A DNA stretch of 64,000 bases from Acidimicrobiia bacterium (GCA_038904395.1 JBCKKC010000002.1:14285-78284), one strand, 5' to 3'; shown: positions 1 through 9,247, counted from the stretch's first letter. The notes: a model not told the origin generated them from the letters alone. Numbers and translations: made by a program.

Positions 1-7
1 TTGTCGT

Positions 8-1963
8 ATGGTAATGCCTACAAATTTCGGGGACAGATACAGAGTTGCGAGGTCGATAGCCCGGGGCGGCATGGCTGAGGTCTTTCTCGCTACCGACACG
101 CGCCTCGACCGGTCCATCGCGATCAAGGTTATGCACGAAGAACTGTCGAGTAACACTGCATTTCTCTCGAGGTTTGAACGTGAAGCAAGAGCTATGGCCG
201 GGCTGAATCACCCCAACATGGTGCAGGTATATGACTACGGAGTCGAGTCCGGTGCGCCTTATATCATTATGGAATTCGTCAAAGGCAAGACCCTGCGCGA
301 CCTGCTGCGCGACCAAGGTATTCCTCAGCCCCAACGCGCCGCTGAAGTTGTCGCCGACGTGGCCGGTGCCCTCCAATTCGCCCACGATCACGGCGTCGTA
401 CATCGTGACGTGAAACCGGCCAACATCATGGTCGACACGGAAGGCATCGTCAAGGTGACCGACTTCGGCATTGCTCAAGCTGGCGATGATGAAGCGCACC
501 TCACCCAGGTTGGCACAGTAGTGGGCACCGCCGCCTACTTCTCACCCGAACAAGCTCAAGGCAACATCGCAGATGCCCGATCAGACGTCTACTCAATGGG
601 CACAGTGTTGTACGAGTTGATCTGCGGAAAACCACCGTTCGAGGGCGAAACATCGTGGGCCATCGCCTACAAGCACGTAAATGAAGCACCCACACTGCCT
701 TCGCAAATACGCCCTGGCATCCCACATCCGCTAGAAGCCGTCGCCATGAGAGCAATGGCCAAAGACCCTGCCATGCGTTATCAATCAGCCGGAGACATGC
801 AGGCTGACCTGTTGCGCTTCAGAAGGGGTGAGGTGCCGCTGGCAACGGCTGCCCTCACACGAGTTGGGGCAGCAGGACTAGCAGGAGCCGCCGTGGCCGC
901 AGCTGGACTTACAGCGGTGTCGACGCCAGTGGGTGGAGCTACCGCCGTTGGCCCCAACGCAACCAAAACAGGCATGCCAGCCGTCACAAGCGGTCGTCGA
1001 CCCCCGTCGGGGCAACGCCCGATGCCTAACAAACGCAAGCGCTGGCCTGCGGTCCTAGGCACAATCGCAGCGCTGATCGCCGTTGGTTTCGGGCTTTTCT
1101 TCCTGGTCAAGACTCTCGCCGGCGGCGGAGGAACTACCGTTCCGGATGTAAGTGGACTCAGCGTCGAGAACGCCACGACGACATTGCAGCAAGCCGGCTT
1201 TCAGGTAACGAGAGATAATCAAGTATCTCAAGATGTCGCCAAAGACTCAGTGATCAGCACCGATCCTGCAGCAGGCGAAAGGGCTCCCGAGCACTCAACT
1301 ATCAAACTCGTCGTTTCAGCAGGCCCGAATGCAATAAAGGTCCCCAATGTAGTGGGCAAGTCACGTTCCGCCGCCGAAGCGATCCTCAAAGATGCCGGAC
1401 TGAAACCGATCGCCGATCTTCAAGAGTCTGATAAACCGGTAAATAATGTCATCGGCCAGGATCCAGACGCCGGAACTGAGGTAGCAGAAGGCGGTACCGT
1501 GACGATAACCATTTCGAGCGGGACAAAGCAAACAACGGTTCCAGACGTAACCGGATTATCTCAAGACGATGCCACCCAAAGCCTCGACAATGCCGGATTT
1601 GGCAACTCAGTAAAAAAGGTTGACTCCGACAAAGACGCAGGAACCGTAATCAGCCAGTCTCCAGGCGCACTTGAGAAAGCCAACCGTGGTGCGACTGTCA
1701 CCCTCACAGTGTCGAGTGGCCCCAAGCAAGTTAACATCCCCAACGTGACCGGCCAGAGCGCTAGCCAGGCTAGCAGCACTCTTGCCGCTGCGGGATTCAA
1801 AGTCTCAAGTCGCAATGTTCCCGCCGTCGGAGGCTGCACCGCTAACACAGTATGTAGCCAACAACCTGCCAGCGGAACAGCATCCAAGGGCAGCACCGTC
1901 ACCATCCTCGTTGGGGTGTCATCAACCACCACGACTACCACGACTACCACGACCGCCCCATAG
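8..1963 (+). CDS. pknB: Ser/Thr protein kinase PknB with transmembrane segment and four PASTA repeats
   Basis: N-terminal Hanks kinase motifs are present (VAIK-like IAIKV, HRDVKPAN, DFGIA, SPEQA). A TM helix (AVLGTIAALIAVGFGLFFLV) follows, then four repeats of the V-P-(D/N)-V-x-G type. The C-terminus is a poly-Thr run. Synteny with trpG and crgA matches mycobacterial pknB. Confidence 0.9.
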   Translation: MVMPTNFGDRYRVARSIARGGMAEVFLATDTRLDRSIAIKVMHEELSSNTAFLSRFEREARAMAGLNHPNMVQVYDYGVESGAPYIIMEFVKGKTLRDLLRDQGIPQPQRAAEVVADVAGALQFAHDHGVVHRDVKPANIMVDTEGIVKVTDFGIAQAGDDEAHLTQVGTVVGTAAYFSPEQAQGNIADARSDVYSMGTVLYELICGKPPFEGETSWAIAYKHVNEAPTLPSQIRPGIPHPLEAVAMRAMAKDPAMRYQSAGDMQADLLRFRRGEVPLATAALTRVGAAGLAGAAVAAAGLTAVSTPVGGATAVGPNATKTGMPAVTSGRRPPSGQRPMPNKRKRWPAVLGTIAALIAVGFGLFFLVKTLAGGGGTTVPDVSGLSVENATTTLQQAGFQVTRDNQVSQDVAKDSVISTDPAAGERAPEHSTIKLVVSAGPNAIKVPNVVGKSRSAAEAILKDAGLKPIADLQESDKPVNNVIGQDPDAGTEVAEGGTVTITISSGTKQTTVPDVTGLSQDDATQSLDNAGFGNSVKKVDSDKDAGTVISQSPGALEKANRGATVTLTVSSGPKQVNIPNVTGQSASQASSTLAAAGFKVSSRNVPAVGGCTANTVCSQQPASGTASKGSTVTILVGVSSTTTTTTTTTTAP

Positions 1964-1973
1964 GCGACATCAG

Positions 1974-2083
1974 CCGTCATTGCGAGCGCAACGTGGCAAC
2001 CTAGTCCGTGACTCACACCGCGGAAACGCAGGTCACGGACTAGGTTGCTTCGTCGCCCCAGAGCTGGCTCCTCGCAATGACGG
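1974..2083. repeat. Family-A palindromic element (GTCATTGCGAG ... CTCGCAATGAC termini, inner CAACCTAGTCCGTGAC hairpin)
   Basis: The 13-bp terminal inverted repeats are perfect: CCGTCATTGCGAG (1974-1986) and CTCGCAATGACGG (2071-2083). The inner inverted repeat is GCAACCTAGTCCGTGAC (1996-2012) against GTCACGGACTAGGTTGC (2032-2048). Related copies lie at 24065, 36660 and 59286. Confidence 0.8.
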
Positions 2084-2198
2084 GAAGACCCGCTCACAGC
2101 CCTCCTCTCCGGTGGGTTGACTGTGTACGCGAAATATGTGGGCTCCCTCGGCTCAGGTGCTGGACGGAAGGTAGACCAACGCAGGTTCATGAGCCCGG

Positions 2199-2834
2199 TC
2201 ATGAACCTTGTTCTGGTCCAGATGCTGCAACAAGGTCGACAAAGTTCTTGATGAGACGAGTACCTTCGGTGGTCAAAACTGATTCAGGGTGGAACTGAAC
2301 GCCGTATGTAGCGAGGGTCCGATGCCTCAACCCCATGATGGTGCCATCCTCGGAAGTTGCGGTCACTTGTAGATCGTCAGGCATCGTCGCTGGATCAATG
2401 GCGAGGCTATGGTAGCGAGTTGCTTCGAATGGATTACTAAGTCCGTCGAAAACGCCAGTTGAGTCATGGAAGACCTGCGATGTCTTCCCGTGGACGACTT
2501 GTTTGGCACTGCCAACACGGGCACCAAACACTTCGCCAATGCACTGATGTCCGAGACAAACACCTAACACGGGCAGACTCCGACCAAAGTGTTGTATGGC
2601 TGCCTTTGATATTCCAGCCGTAGCGGGTGGACCTGGTCCTGGCGACACAATAATTCCGTCGGGCTGGTAGTCGTGGATATCGTCCAATCCCACTTTGTCA
2701 CTTCGAGCCACACTGATTTCACAACCGAGCTCACCAAGTGCTTGCACAAGGTTGAAGGTGAAAGAGTCGTAATTATCAAGCACGAACATTCTCGGTAAGC
2801 GGCTGGACAATTGATCGGGGGAAGATTGGGGCAT
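2199..2834 (-). CDS. trpG: Glutamine amidotransferase, anthranilate/aminodeoxychorismate synthase component II
   Basis: Class I GATase motifs are present: FVLDNYDSFTFNLV, GIIVSPGPGPP, LGVCLGHQ and the catalytic HPES. The start at 2834 is chosen because its ATG overlaps the TGA of the upstream ORF (TGATG). An alternative ATG lies at 2789, and the 2951 start in the ORF track looks like an over-extension. Confidence 0.85.
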   Translation of the reverse strand: MPQSSPDQLSSRLPRMFVLDNYDSFTFNLVQALGELGCEISVARSDKVGLDDIHDYQPDGIIVSPGPGPPATAGISKAAIQHFGRSLPVLGVCLGHQCIGEVFGARVGSAKQVVHGKTSQVFHDSTGVFDGLSNPFEATRYHSLAIDPATMPDDLQVTATSEDGTIMGLRHRTLATYGVQFHPESVLTTEGTRLIKNFVDLVAASGPEQGS

Positions 2835-3118
2835 CAGAAGTTTGCAGGCAGTCGTTGCTGAATCCACGGAAAGACATAGAACCAGAGAACAAGGCCAACA
2901 GCGAGGACAGCCATCAGAACGATGACAAACCGCTGGCTTCGGGACAGCCACCGACTATCTACGGCGTCATCGTCAGGGTAGACCACCGCAGGTTCAAGAC
3001 CCCGGTCGTGACCCTCGTTCGTGACCGGGGGAGCCACTGACGTGGTCATTCCGCCGATTCCAGCAGGGTCAGATGATACATGTGCTAGGCTCACGTCGCT
3101 TTGATCGTCAGTTACCAT
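2834..3118 (-). CDS. Small membrane-anchored hypothetical protein, translationally coupled to trpG
   Basis: The 94-aa ORF has one C-terminal TM helix (FVIVLMAVLAVGLVLWFYVF). It occupies the position of the membrane protein between crgA and trpG in mycobacteria. No recognisable domain. Confidence 0.5.
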   Translation of the reverse strand: MVTDDQSDVSLAHVSSDPAGIGGMTTSVAPPVTNEGHDRGLEPAVVYPDDDAVDSRWLSRSQRFVIVLMAVLAVGLVLWFYVFPWIQQRLPANF

Positions 3119-3177
3119 TGCTCTCCAGTCCCTCTACCCGCCTATCGCGTCTTTTCACTATCTAACAGCTCTCTTGA

Positions 3178-4032
3178 TCAGCCAGCAGGCAACGTTTTAA
3201 TGGCAGTACCGGGCGGTGCATTTGGTTCCTCGTGTTGAGGTGCCTGTCTAGGCAGTCCTACCGAATCAATAAAGGGCCCCGATATCATGCTTGCCTGCAC
3301 GATCAATCGCTCACTACGTGAATATTTCGGGTTGCACGTCGTTAAGGTGATGCGATCATCCTGGGTCACCTTGGTTACTTCTTTCGCAGCTTCAATATCT
3401 TTCTCCCCAATCGGGAATACGTTGGTCACGTCATATACAGTGCGGCCGGCTATTGTCGTGATCACAATTTGCTCGCCCGGCTTAAGCTCGTCAGCCCGAT
3501 TGAATTCCGCTCCGTATGTTACTCTGTGTGCTGATATCACCGAGTTTCCCGGCCCACCTGGGAGGGCCGTCGCCGGCAGGGCACCAGGACCTCGCTGCAA
3601 GTCAAGTCTATCTACGCCGGCAACCACTGTGTTATCCACCCCGATCTTTGGAATCTCGATGCGGGCAATTGGGCCGTGGCTTTGCGAGGCACGCTCCCAT
3701 TCAGCAGCCAGCTGGTCATAAAGTTCTTGGCGTTGGCTGGCATGCAAGGTATTGAGTCGAGTCTTGAACTGCGCCTCAAGCTTCTTTTGCGCGGCAAGAC
3801 TTTCGAATCGTGTCCCCCAGAGCGTATAGACGACAAACAGTAGAAGCGCTGCACCCAGCGACATAAGAGCGTAACCAGCGTAGATGAAAAATCGGCGCCA
3901 CCCTCTAGGCCTGGGTTTGGAGCTACGTTTGGGACTGCCACGTGAGGGTTCTGGCCCCGAGGTTTGAATGTTTCCTCCGGAGAAAACCAACGTTGGTTCA
4001 CCAGTCATCGCGTAGTCCTGGGAAGTTCGCAT
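3178..4032 (-). CDS. Class E-like sortase (transpeptidase)
   Basis: An N-terminal TM helix is followed by sortase signatures: SVISAHRV (catalytic His region), ITLTTCNP (TLxTC catalytic Cys) and a downstream Arg (SERLIVQA). The start is set at an internal Met (4032, or 4008) because the full ORF would overlap crgA. Confidence 0.8.
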   Translation of the reverse strand: MRTSQDYAMTGEPTLVFSGGNIQTSGPEPSRGSPKRSSKPRPRGWRRFFIYAGYALMSLGAALLLFVVYTLWGTRFESLAAQKKLEAQFKTRLNTLHASQRQELYDQLAAEWERASQSHGPIARIEIPKIGVDNTVVAGVDRLDLQRGPGALPATALPGGPGNSVISAHRVTYGAEFNRADELKPGEQIVITTIAGRTVYDVTNVFPIGEKDIEAAKEVTKVTQDDRITLTTCNPKYSRSERLIVQASMISGPFIDSVGLPRQAPQHEEPNAPPGTAIKTLPAG

Positions 4033-4111
4033 ATGGTGTTGCAAAAGGCCAGCCCCCGACGGTTTAATACGCTCAGAGACCAGTATAATGCCTCGCCGGG
4101 CGTAGTGGCCA

Positions 4112-4357
4112 CTAGCGCAACCGCATCGCCAACACGAGACAGAGAAGGATAAGCACGAGACCAGCAAGCAGGTAAGTGTTGTTGGCGCCAGCTGCGGTTC
4201 CTGGCAACAACGAAAGGTAGTTGCCGACCAGGACAACAGCGCCAAGGATACCTAGCCCGAGGACAAGGATCCCATACCACCTTGGGCTGGGAGGCTTATT
4301 CTTCTGGGGTGGCGGCGTATATCTATTGCGTTTCGATTTTGACTCTGGCACGTTCAA
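4112..4357 (-). CDS. crgA: Cell division protein CrgA
   Basis: The 81-aa protein has a basic N-terminus (KSKRNRYTPPP..SPRWY) followed by two TM helices, the typical CrgA pattern. Its position next to the sortase, trpG and pknB is conserved. Confidence 0.8.
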   Translation of the reverse strand: MNVPESKSKRNRYTPPPQKNKPPSPRWYGILVLGLGILGAVVLVGNYLSLLPGTAAGANNTYLLAGLVLILLCLVLAMRLR

Positions 4358-4512
4358 AAGACTAGACGGTATTGCGTCGGTTCACGCGTCTTTTCACAGA
4401 AGTCTCGCCCACAATCGGCCAAGCGCATCCGCTCCGGCCCCCAGAATGGATCCCACATCCTGAGCTGCCCGACCTCACTCCAAACTACCTGCGATGAATT
4501 TCACGTGTGGAA

Positions 4513-4630
4513 TTACCCACAGGTTTGTCCACAGCTGTGGATAACTCTTGGAGTTGTCAACACGTTCCCACACAGCCACTCACAGACGATTTACACAAGC
4601 TGTCCACATGACATCCACCGGTTTTCCACA
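4513..4630. promoter_or_regulatory. Cluster of at least six DnaA-box 9-mers upstream of crgA
   Basis: Two boxes are perfect: TTGTCCACA (4525-4533) and TGTGGATAA (4536-4544, the reverse complement of TTATCCACA). Four boxes have one mismatch: TTACCCACA (4513-4521), TTGTCAACA (4554-4562), CTGTCCACA (4600-4608) and TTTTCCACA (4622-4630). Confidence 0.6.
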
Positions 4631-4696
4631 CCCCAGAGTCCACGGCAAGCGAAAAGAGAGCAGGCTCCAAATAAGATCGTCACCATGCAAGGGCTC

Positions 4697-5002
4697 TTAC
4701 GAAACTGTCTCAGGCGCTTCTACTACCAGCACCATCTCTTCACGACAGTGTTTGGGAGGAGCAAATCCCTCAAAATCATCTTCTTCGTCGTCGGCCACCC
4801 GCGTCAACTTCACCTCTGTCGCGCAAACAATGCACCGAAAACGGAGGTCAAAGTTTTCCACATTCATGGTTTGACCTGAAGGTCCGTCTTCGAATGTTGC
4901 CCCAAGCATTGACAGAGTCACAATGCCGATTTTCCACAGCAAGAAGACAATCGCAATCGCGAGAAAAACTAAGATGTAGGGATGATCGCCAAGCCACTTC
5001 AC
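4697..5002 (-). CDS. Hypothetical small membrane protein with CxxC...HC motif
   Basis: The 101-aa ORF has an N-terminal TM helix (ILVFLAIAIVFLLWKIGIV) and an acidic C-terminal half carrying CIVC and HC. No family recognised. Competing plus-strand ORFs look non-coding. Confidence 0.45.
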   Translation of the reverse strand: MKWLGDHPYILVFLAIAIVFLLWKIGIVTLSMLGATFEDGPSGQTMNVENFDLRFRCIVCATEVKLTRVADDEEDDFEGFAPPKHCREEMVLVVEAPETVS

Positions 5003-5066
5003 GCGATCAGTTTAAACCAACACGTGAAGAATGTCCCCCCGGAACACTCCGTCTTGACAGCGAACC

Positions 5067-6266
5067 TCAGGCGAGGCGCTCGATGATGGTCGCGTTGGCC
5101 ATGCCGCCGCCCTCGCACATGGTCTGTAGGCCAAAGCGGCCTTCGACACGCTCTAGCTCATTGAGCAAAGTGGCCATTAGTCGGGCACCAGAGGCGCCGA
5201 GTGGGTGCCCAACTGCGATAGCGCCACCATTGACGTTCACCTTAGACAAATCGGCTTTGTGTTCTTTTGCCCATGCCAATACAACTGGCGCAAACGCCTC
5301 GTTTACCTCGAAACGATCGATATCGCCCATGGACATCTTGACACTCTTGAGAACCTTGGTCGTGGCCGGAATAGGCGCGCTCAACATTATCACAGGGTCG
5401 ACTCCGGCCAAAGCGAACGCAATAACGCGAGCTCGAGGCCTTAGACCCAGCGATTCGGCCGTCTTGCGCTCCATAATGAGCACAGCAGCAGCGCCATCAG
5501 TGATCTGCGAAGAGTTACCGGCAGTAATCACGCCATCGGGCTGAAAAACAGTCTTGAGAGAGGCCAGCTTCTCGAGCGTGGTATCTACCCGAATCCCCTC
5601 ATCCCGCGTAAGAGTCTCACCACTGGCACCTTCACCAGTTCTAACTTCCACCGGAATAATCTCGTTCTTAAAACGACCCTCGTCAGCGGCAGCCGCGGCA
5701 CGCTTGTGCGATTGAAAGGAGAACTCGTCGACTTCCTGCCGGGAAATCTTCCACTTTTCGGCCACAATTTCGGCTGATATGCCCTGAGGAACTATTCCAC
5801 CGCGCCCATACAGATTGCGCTCTCGATACATCTCCATCATGCGCGCACCAAAGGGTGCCCCAAAACCTTGCTGCATGGTCGAGCCTAACGGCACCCGACT
5901 CATCGACTCGACACCCGCTGCCACGACTATGTCATATGCTCCAGCGATAACTCCTTGTGCCGCAAAATGAATCGACTGCTGAGATGAACCACACTGGCGA
6001 TCGATCGTGGTACCAGGAGTGGTTTCGGGGTAACCAGCCACCAAGGCCGCGTTGCGAGCAATGTTTAGCCCCTGATCACCAGTCTGGCTAACACACCCCA
6101 TGATCACGTCTTCGACGAGAGCTGGGTCAAGATGGTTCCGCTCAACGAGCGCACGTAGGGTCTCGGCAGCGAGGTCTACTGGATGCCAACCTGAGAGTGC
6201 GCCAACGTTTGGCTTGCCCTTGCCTAACGGCGTCCGTACTGCGTCAACGATGACTGCTTCGCGCAT
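5067..6266 (-). CDS. Acetyl-CoA C-acetyltransferase (thiolase II)
   Basis: The protein shows full-length thiolase similarity. Signatures include the active-site Cys region (IDRQCGSSQQS), NEAFA, GHPLGASG and the C-terminal CEGGGMANA. Confidence 0.9.
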   Translation of the reverse strand: MREAVIVDAVRTPLGKGKPNVGALSGWHPVDLAAETLRALVERNHLDPALVEDVIMGCVSQTGDQGLNIARNAALVAGYPETTPGTTIDRQCGSSQQSIHFAAQGVIAGAYDIVVAAGVESMSRVPLGSTMQQGFGAPFGARMMEMYRERNLYGRGGIVPQGISAEIVAEKWKISRQEVDEFSFQSHKRAAAAADEGRFKNEIIPVEVRTGEGASGETLTRDEGIRVDTTLEKLASLKTVFQPDGVITAGNSSQITDGAAAVLIMERKTAESLGLRPRARVIAFALAGVDPVIMLSAPIPATTKVLKSVKMSMGDIDRFEVNEAFAPVVLAWAKEHKADLSKVNVNGGAIAVGHPLGASGARLMATLLNELERVEGRFGLQTMCEGGGMANATIIERLA

Positions 6267-6302
6267 AGCAAACTCCTCTAGTGGTCTACATCTGTCATGC
6301 TA

Positions 6303-6456
6303 GGGCCCGCGATGAAATTAGTAGCGCGTTTACGGCGAGGAATGGGCGACTCTCGCAAGACGCGACGACGATGTGTACCGAGCTACACGAGGAGGAGGAA
6401 CGCAGCGAGGGGTGTCCAGGCCCGTTGTAAACGCCTAATAATTTCATCGCGGGCCC
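6303..6456. repeat. Family-B palindromic element (inverted orientation, variant termini)
   Basis: The terminal inverted repeats are GGGCCCGCGATGAAATTAGTAGCGCGTTTAC (6303-6333) and GTAAACGCCTAATAATTTCATCGCGGGCCC (6427-6456). The core is the reverse complement of the cores at 9340 and 61883, sharing CCCCTCGCTGCGTTCCTCCTCCTCG and ACATCGTCGTCGCG.CTTGCGAG. Confidence 0.75.
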
Positions 6457-6480
6457 TCGGCCCGCCGAGGAGCGTTGGGC

Positions 6481-7359
6481 CTAGCCGAATCCCAACTGAC
6501 TCGCTCGCACCACCAGAGCGGCTGCGCAGACCAGCATCACACCCCCCACCGTGAGTGCCCGCCAAAGCGTATTCTTGGTGATATCAATAGCAAAGCCAAT
6601 CCCAAATCCGGCAATGACTCCACCTAGATGCGCTTGCCAGGCAATACCGGGCAACAGGCTTATGACAATATTCAGGACGAGCAGCAAGAGAAGCTGGCGC
6701 AAAATGAGCGCACCTTGCGGTGTGCCCCTTTTCCGAATTACGACAACGAGGATGGCTCCGAATAGTCCTGCAATCCCACCCGAGGCACCCACCGCCGGCA
6801 CGTTTTGGGTGGCCATGAGCACAAAGACAACCCCGCCAGCGATGCCACAGGCCATATAGAGCAAGCCATACCAGACTCGGCCTATGAGCTGTTCAAGTTG
6901 AGATCCAAGGATCCACAACGCCACCATATTGAGCAAGATGTGGAACAATCCCGAATGAATAAATAGCGAGGTGACGAGCCGGTACCACTCGCCGTTTAAA
7001 ATTTGTGCCGGAAAAGCCGCCCCGAAAATAAGGATGCGCTCGTTCAGCTGGGGTGTAATTCCGGCCAGAAAGACAAGTACGTTGATGGCTATCAGGACCA
7101 ACGTGACTGGTGCACCCGTTGGTGTTTGTTGCCATCCTGAGCCAGAGCACGCCGACGATCCTGCGACTCCCTTGCGGGGTGCCCCCTGTTGAGCGCAATC
7201 GGGGCATTGGTAGCCAACATCGGCCGGAATCATGCAATCCGTGCAAATTGGACGTCGACAGCGGGAACACCACACTGCCATTTGGACATCAGGATGCCGA
7301 TAACAGGGCGGGTATTCCGTCTCTTCTGGGCTTACTGCCGACTCGGGCGTATCAGTCAT
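6481..7359 (-). CDS. Rhomboid family intramembrane serine protease with N-terminal zinc-ribbon
   Basis: The N-terminus carries Cys pairs (CYRHP..CSRCRRPIC..C..CPDC) ahead of several TM helices. Rhomboid motifs are present: GASGGIAGLFG (GxSG) and AHLGGVIAGFG (HxxGxxxG). Confidence 0.85.
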   Translation of the reverse strand: MTDTPESAVSPEETEYPPCYRHPDVQMAVWCSRCRRPICTDCMIPADVGYQCPDCAQQGAPRKGVAGSSACSGSGWQQTPTGAPVTLVLIAINVLVFLAGITPQLNERILIFGAAFPAQILNGEWYRLVTSLFIHSGLFHILLNMVALWILGSQLEQLIGRVWYGLLYMACGIAGGVVFVLMATQNVPAVGASGGIAGLFGAILVVVIRKRGTPQGALILRQLLLLLVLNIVISLLPGIAWQAHLGGVIAGFGIGFAIDITKNTLWRALTVGGVMLVCAAALVVRASQLGFG

Positions 7360-7381
7360 CGAAACAAATTTCCACAGTACA

Positions 7382-9247
7382 TCACATATATTCTGGACAC
7401 TCTACACCAAGGATGGCGAGGCCGTCTCGCACAGCGATAGCTGTTGCTGCGGCCAACTCGAGCCGAGCCTGTCGAAGGGCAGGATCTTCAGCAAGAACAC
7501 GCAGATCCGTTCGCTCACGTGCTCCCGCAGTTTGATAACTGGCCCAAGCATCGGTAATCGCCAATACTCCGTCTGCCAAGAAGGACGGGTCGTCTGACGC
7601 CAACGCTTGTCTGGCCGCAGTAGGCAACAATGCTATTGCTTTCACGACTCGATGCTCCAATGGATCGTCCAAGAGTGACCGAACTGGAGACCCTTCACCG
7701 CCGATGTCGGTACCCCCGTCGACCGTTAGGGCCGCTTCGATATCAACCCCCGCTTTTGCCAGGATCGAACAGATACGCGCAAACGTGTACTGAACCCGGG
7801 GCGCAGTTTCACCCTTAAACGAAACAGCTTCGTCCAGGTCGAAATCGAAGTCTGCCGTGCGCCGCATACGCACTTGACTGAACAGGACCGCTCCTATGCC
7901 GATCTGCTCTGCTGTCTGAGCCAGCTCTTGACCCTCCGTTGATACGCCTTCGCTAGAGGTCTCACCAGCGACTTTGGCATCCGCAGATTTTAACCGACCC
8001 TCAACCTCGTCCATGGCCCGCTGATGAGCCTCGTCAAGTACGTCGTCCAAGGCCACTGCATCGCCGCCACGGGTCTTTGCCTTGCGTCCACCCAAACGCA
8101 TTTGGCCAAATCCGACGTGCGACAGACCGGCAGCCCAGGCATAGCCGGCCCTTTGCATTGCGGCAAAGAATGACCTGAATCGCCCACCTTGACCCACGTC
8201 AGTTAGGTACACACAACGGTCGAAGGTGAAATCGTGATAGCGCTCAATTGCCGCAGCAATGTCACGGCCTTCGTAGGTAGAAATCCCTTGACTGTTGACA
8301 AGCACGATCGGCTGGAAGCCGTCTTCGGGAGGCACGAAAATTGAGCCATTTTCCGGGTCGACAGATGCCGTTCCCGTCGCTACTAGAGACCTCGCGACGC
8401 CAATTGCCTCATCAAAGTAACGGCTTTCTCCCCTGTACTCATCAAAATGAATGTCGAGTCTCGAGTAAGTCTTGTCTAAGGCCTCGGTGGTTGAGGTGAC
8501 AATCATTTGCCAACGTTGCTGAGCGATACGATCGTTGCTGCTGAGACGCTTGAGCCACCCCCTGGCTGCCGATTTCACCCGTTCCGGTTCCGCTTGTTCC
8601 TCAAGGTTTGCTTCAACGTAAAGCTCTTGTAGCTTCTGTGGAGATAACGCAGGCAACTGGTCGGTCGAGCTTGAATCAGGATCAAGCTCGCTCAGTTTGT
8701 ACAGCAGCAGAGCCATGTTGTGCCCATAATCACCAAGATGGTTTAGACGTACAACTTTGAACCCTCGAGCTTCATAGAGCCTTGCCAGCGCCGCTCCAAT
8801 TGCAGTGCCTCGAAGATGGTGGAAGGCAAGCTTGCGTGCCGCGTTCGGTGAAGAGAAATCGATGACAATTCTCCGGCCCCGGCCCTCTGCCCCAGCAACA
8901 AATCCGCCTGGCAGATCAGAATTAAACGACTGGCGAACTGCCCCAATAGTGTCAGAAGCCAAGCGGCCACGGTCCCAGAAAATATTCACAAATGGACCTT
9001 GCGCTTTGGCCTCGGCCACACATTCAGCCCGCATAGCGGCCTCACTGAACCGGCTAGCAAGCTCATTGGGGTTAACACCCATAGACTTCGCAAATCGATG
9101 ACAGGCAATAGCAACATCGCCTAAATCGTCACGTGGAGGAACAGACAATGACGAACGCAAGTCTTGGGCAGAAATCGCGCTCTCTTGCGCAAGCGCTACG
9201 ATCAGATCATCCTTGAATTGAGATATGGGATCCAAGCTGTCGGCCAT
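7382..9247 (-). CDS. argS: Arginine--tRNA ligase
   Basis: Class I ArgRS layout is visible: IDFSSPNAARKLAFHHLRG (HIGH region) and NHLGDYGHN. A C-terminal DALR-type anticodon-binding domain ends in the typical ..PEYM. Confidence 0.9.
   Translation of the reverse strand: MADSLDPISQFKDDLIVALAQESAISAQDLRSSLSVPPRDDLGDVAIACHRFAKSMGVNPNELASRFSEAAMRAECVAEAKAQGPFVNIFWDRGRLASDTIGAVRQSFNSDLPGGFVAGAEGRGRRIVIDFSSPNAARKLAFHHLRGTAIGAALARLYEARGFKVVRLNHLGDYGHNMALLLYKLSELDPDSSSTDQLPALSPQKLQELYVEANLEEQAEPERVKSAARGWLKRLSSNDRIAQQRWQMIVTSTTEALDKTYSRLDIHFDEYRGESRYFDEAIGVARSLVATGTASVDPENGSIFVPPEDGFQPIVLVNSQGISTYEGRDIAAAIERYHDFTFDRCVYLTDVGQGGRFRSFFAAMQRAGYAWAAGLSHVGFGQMRLGGRKAKTRGGDAVALDDVLDEAHQRAMDEVEGRLKSADAKVAGETSSEGVSTEGQELAQTAEQIGIGAVLFSQVRMRRTADFDFDLDEAVSFKGETAPRVQYTFARICSILAKAGVDIEAALTVDGGTDIGGEGSPVRSLLDDPLEHRVVKAIALLPTAARQALASDDPSFLADGVLAITDAWASYQTAGARERTDLRVLAEDPALRQARLELAAATAIAVRDGLAILGVECPEYM

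Noticed and set aside
401-417. GTGAAAC half-site inside pknB considered as a second parS.
   Set aside because: Only one half of the 16-bp palindrome matches. It encodes the conserved HRDVKP kinase motif, so its presence is explained by coding constraint.
1561-2202. Long ORFs antisense to, or out of frame with, well-supported genes. Examples are 781-1176, 1561-2202, 11228-11959, 35302-35922, 44596-45147, 54621-55133 and 46164-46697.
   Set aside because: Each overlaps a gene with strong motif-level homology on the other strand or frame, and the translations are Arg/Pro/Ser-rich low complexity. These are the usual shadow ORFs of GC-biased coding DNA.
4505-4879. Plus-strand ORFs 4505-4879 and 4548-4874 overlapping the DnaA-box cluster.
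   Set aside because: The translations are His/Thr/Pro-rich with no motifs. The open frames run across repeated CCACA-type boxes and antisense to the 4697-5002 ORF, so a non-coding regulatory region is the better reading.
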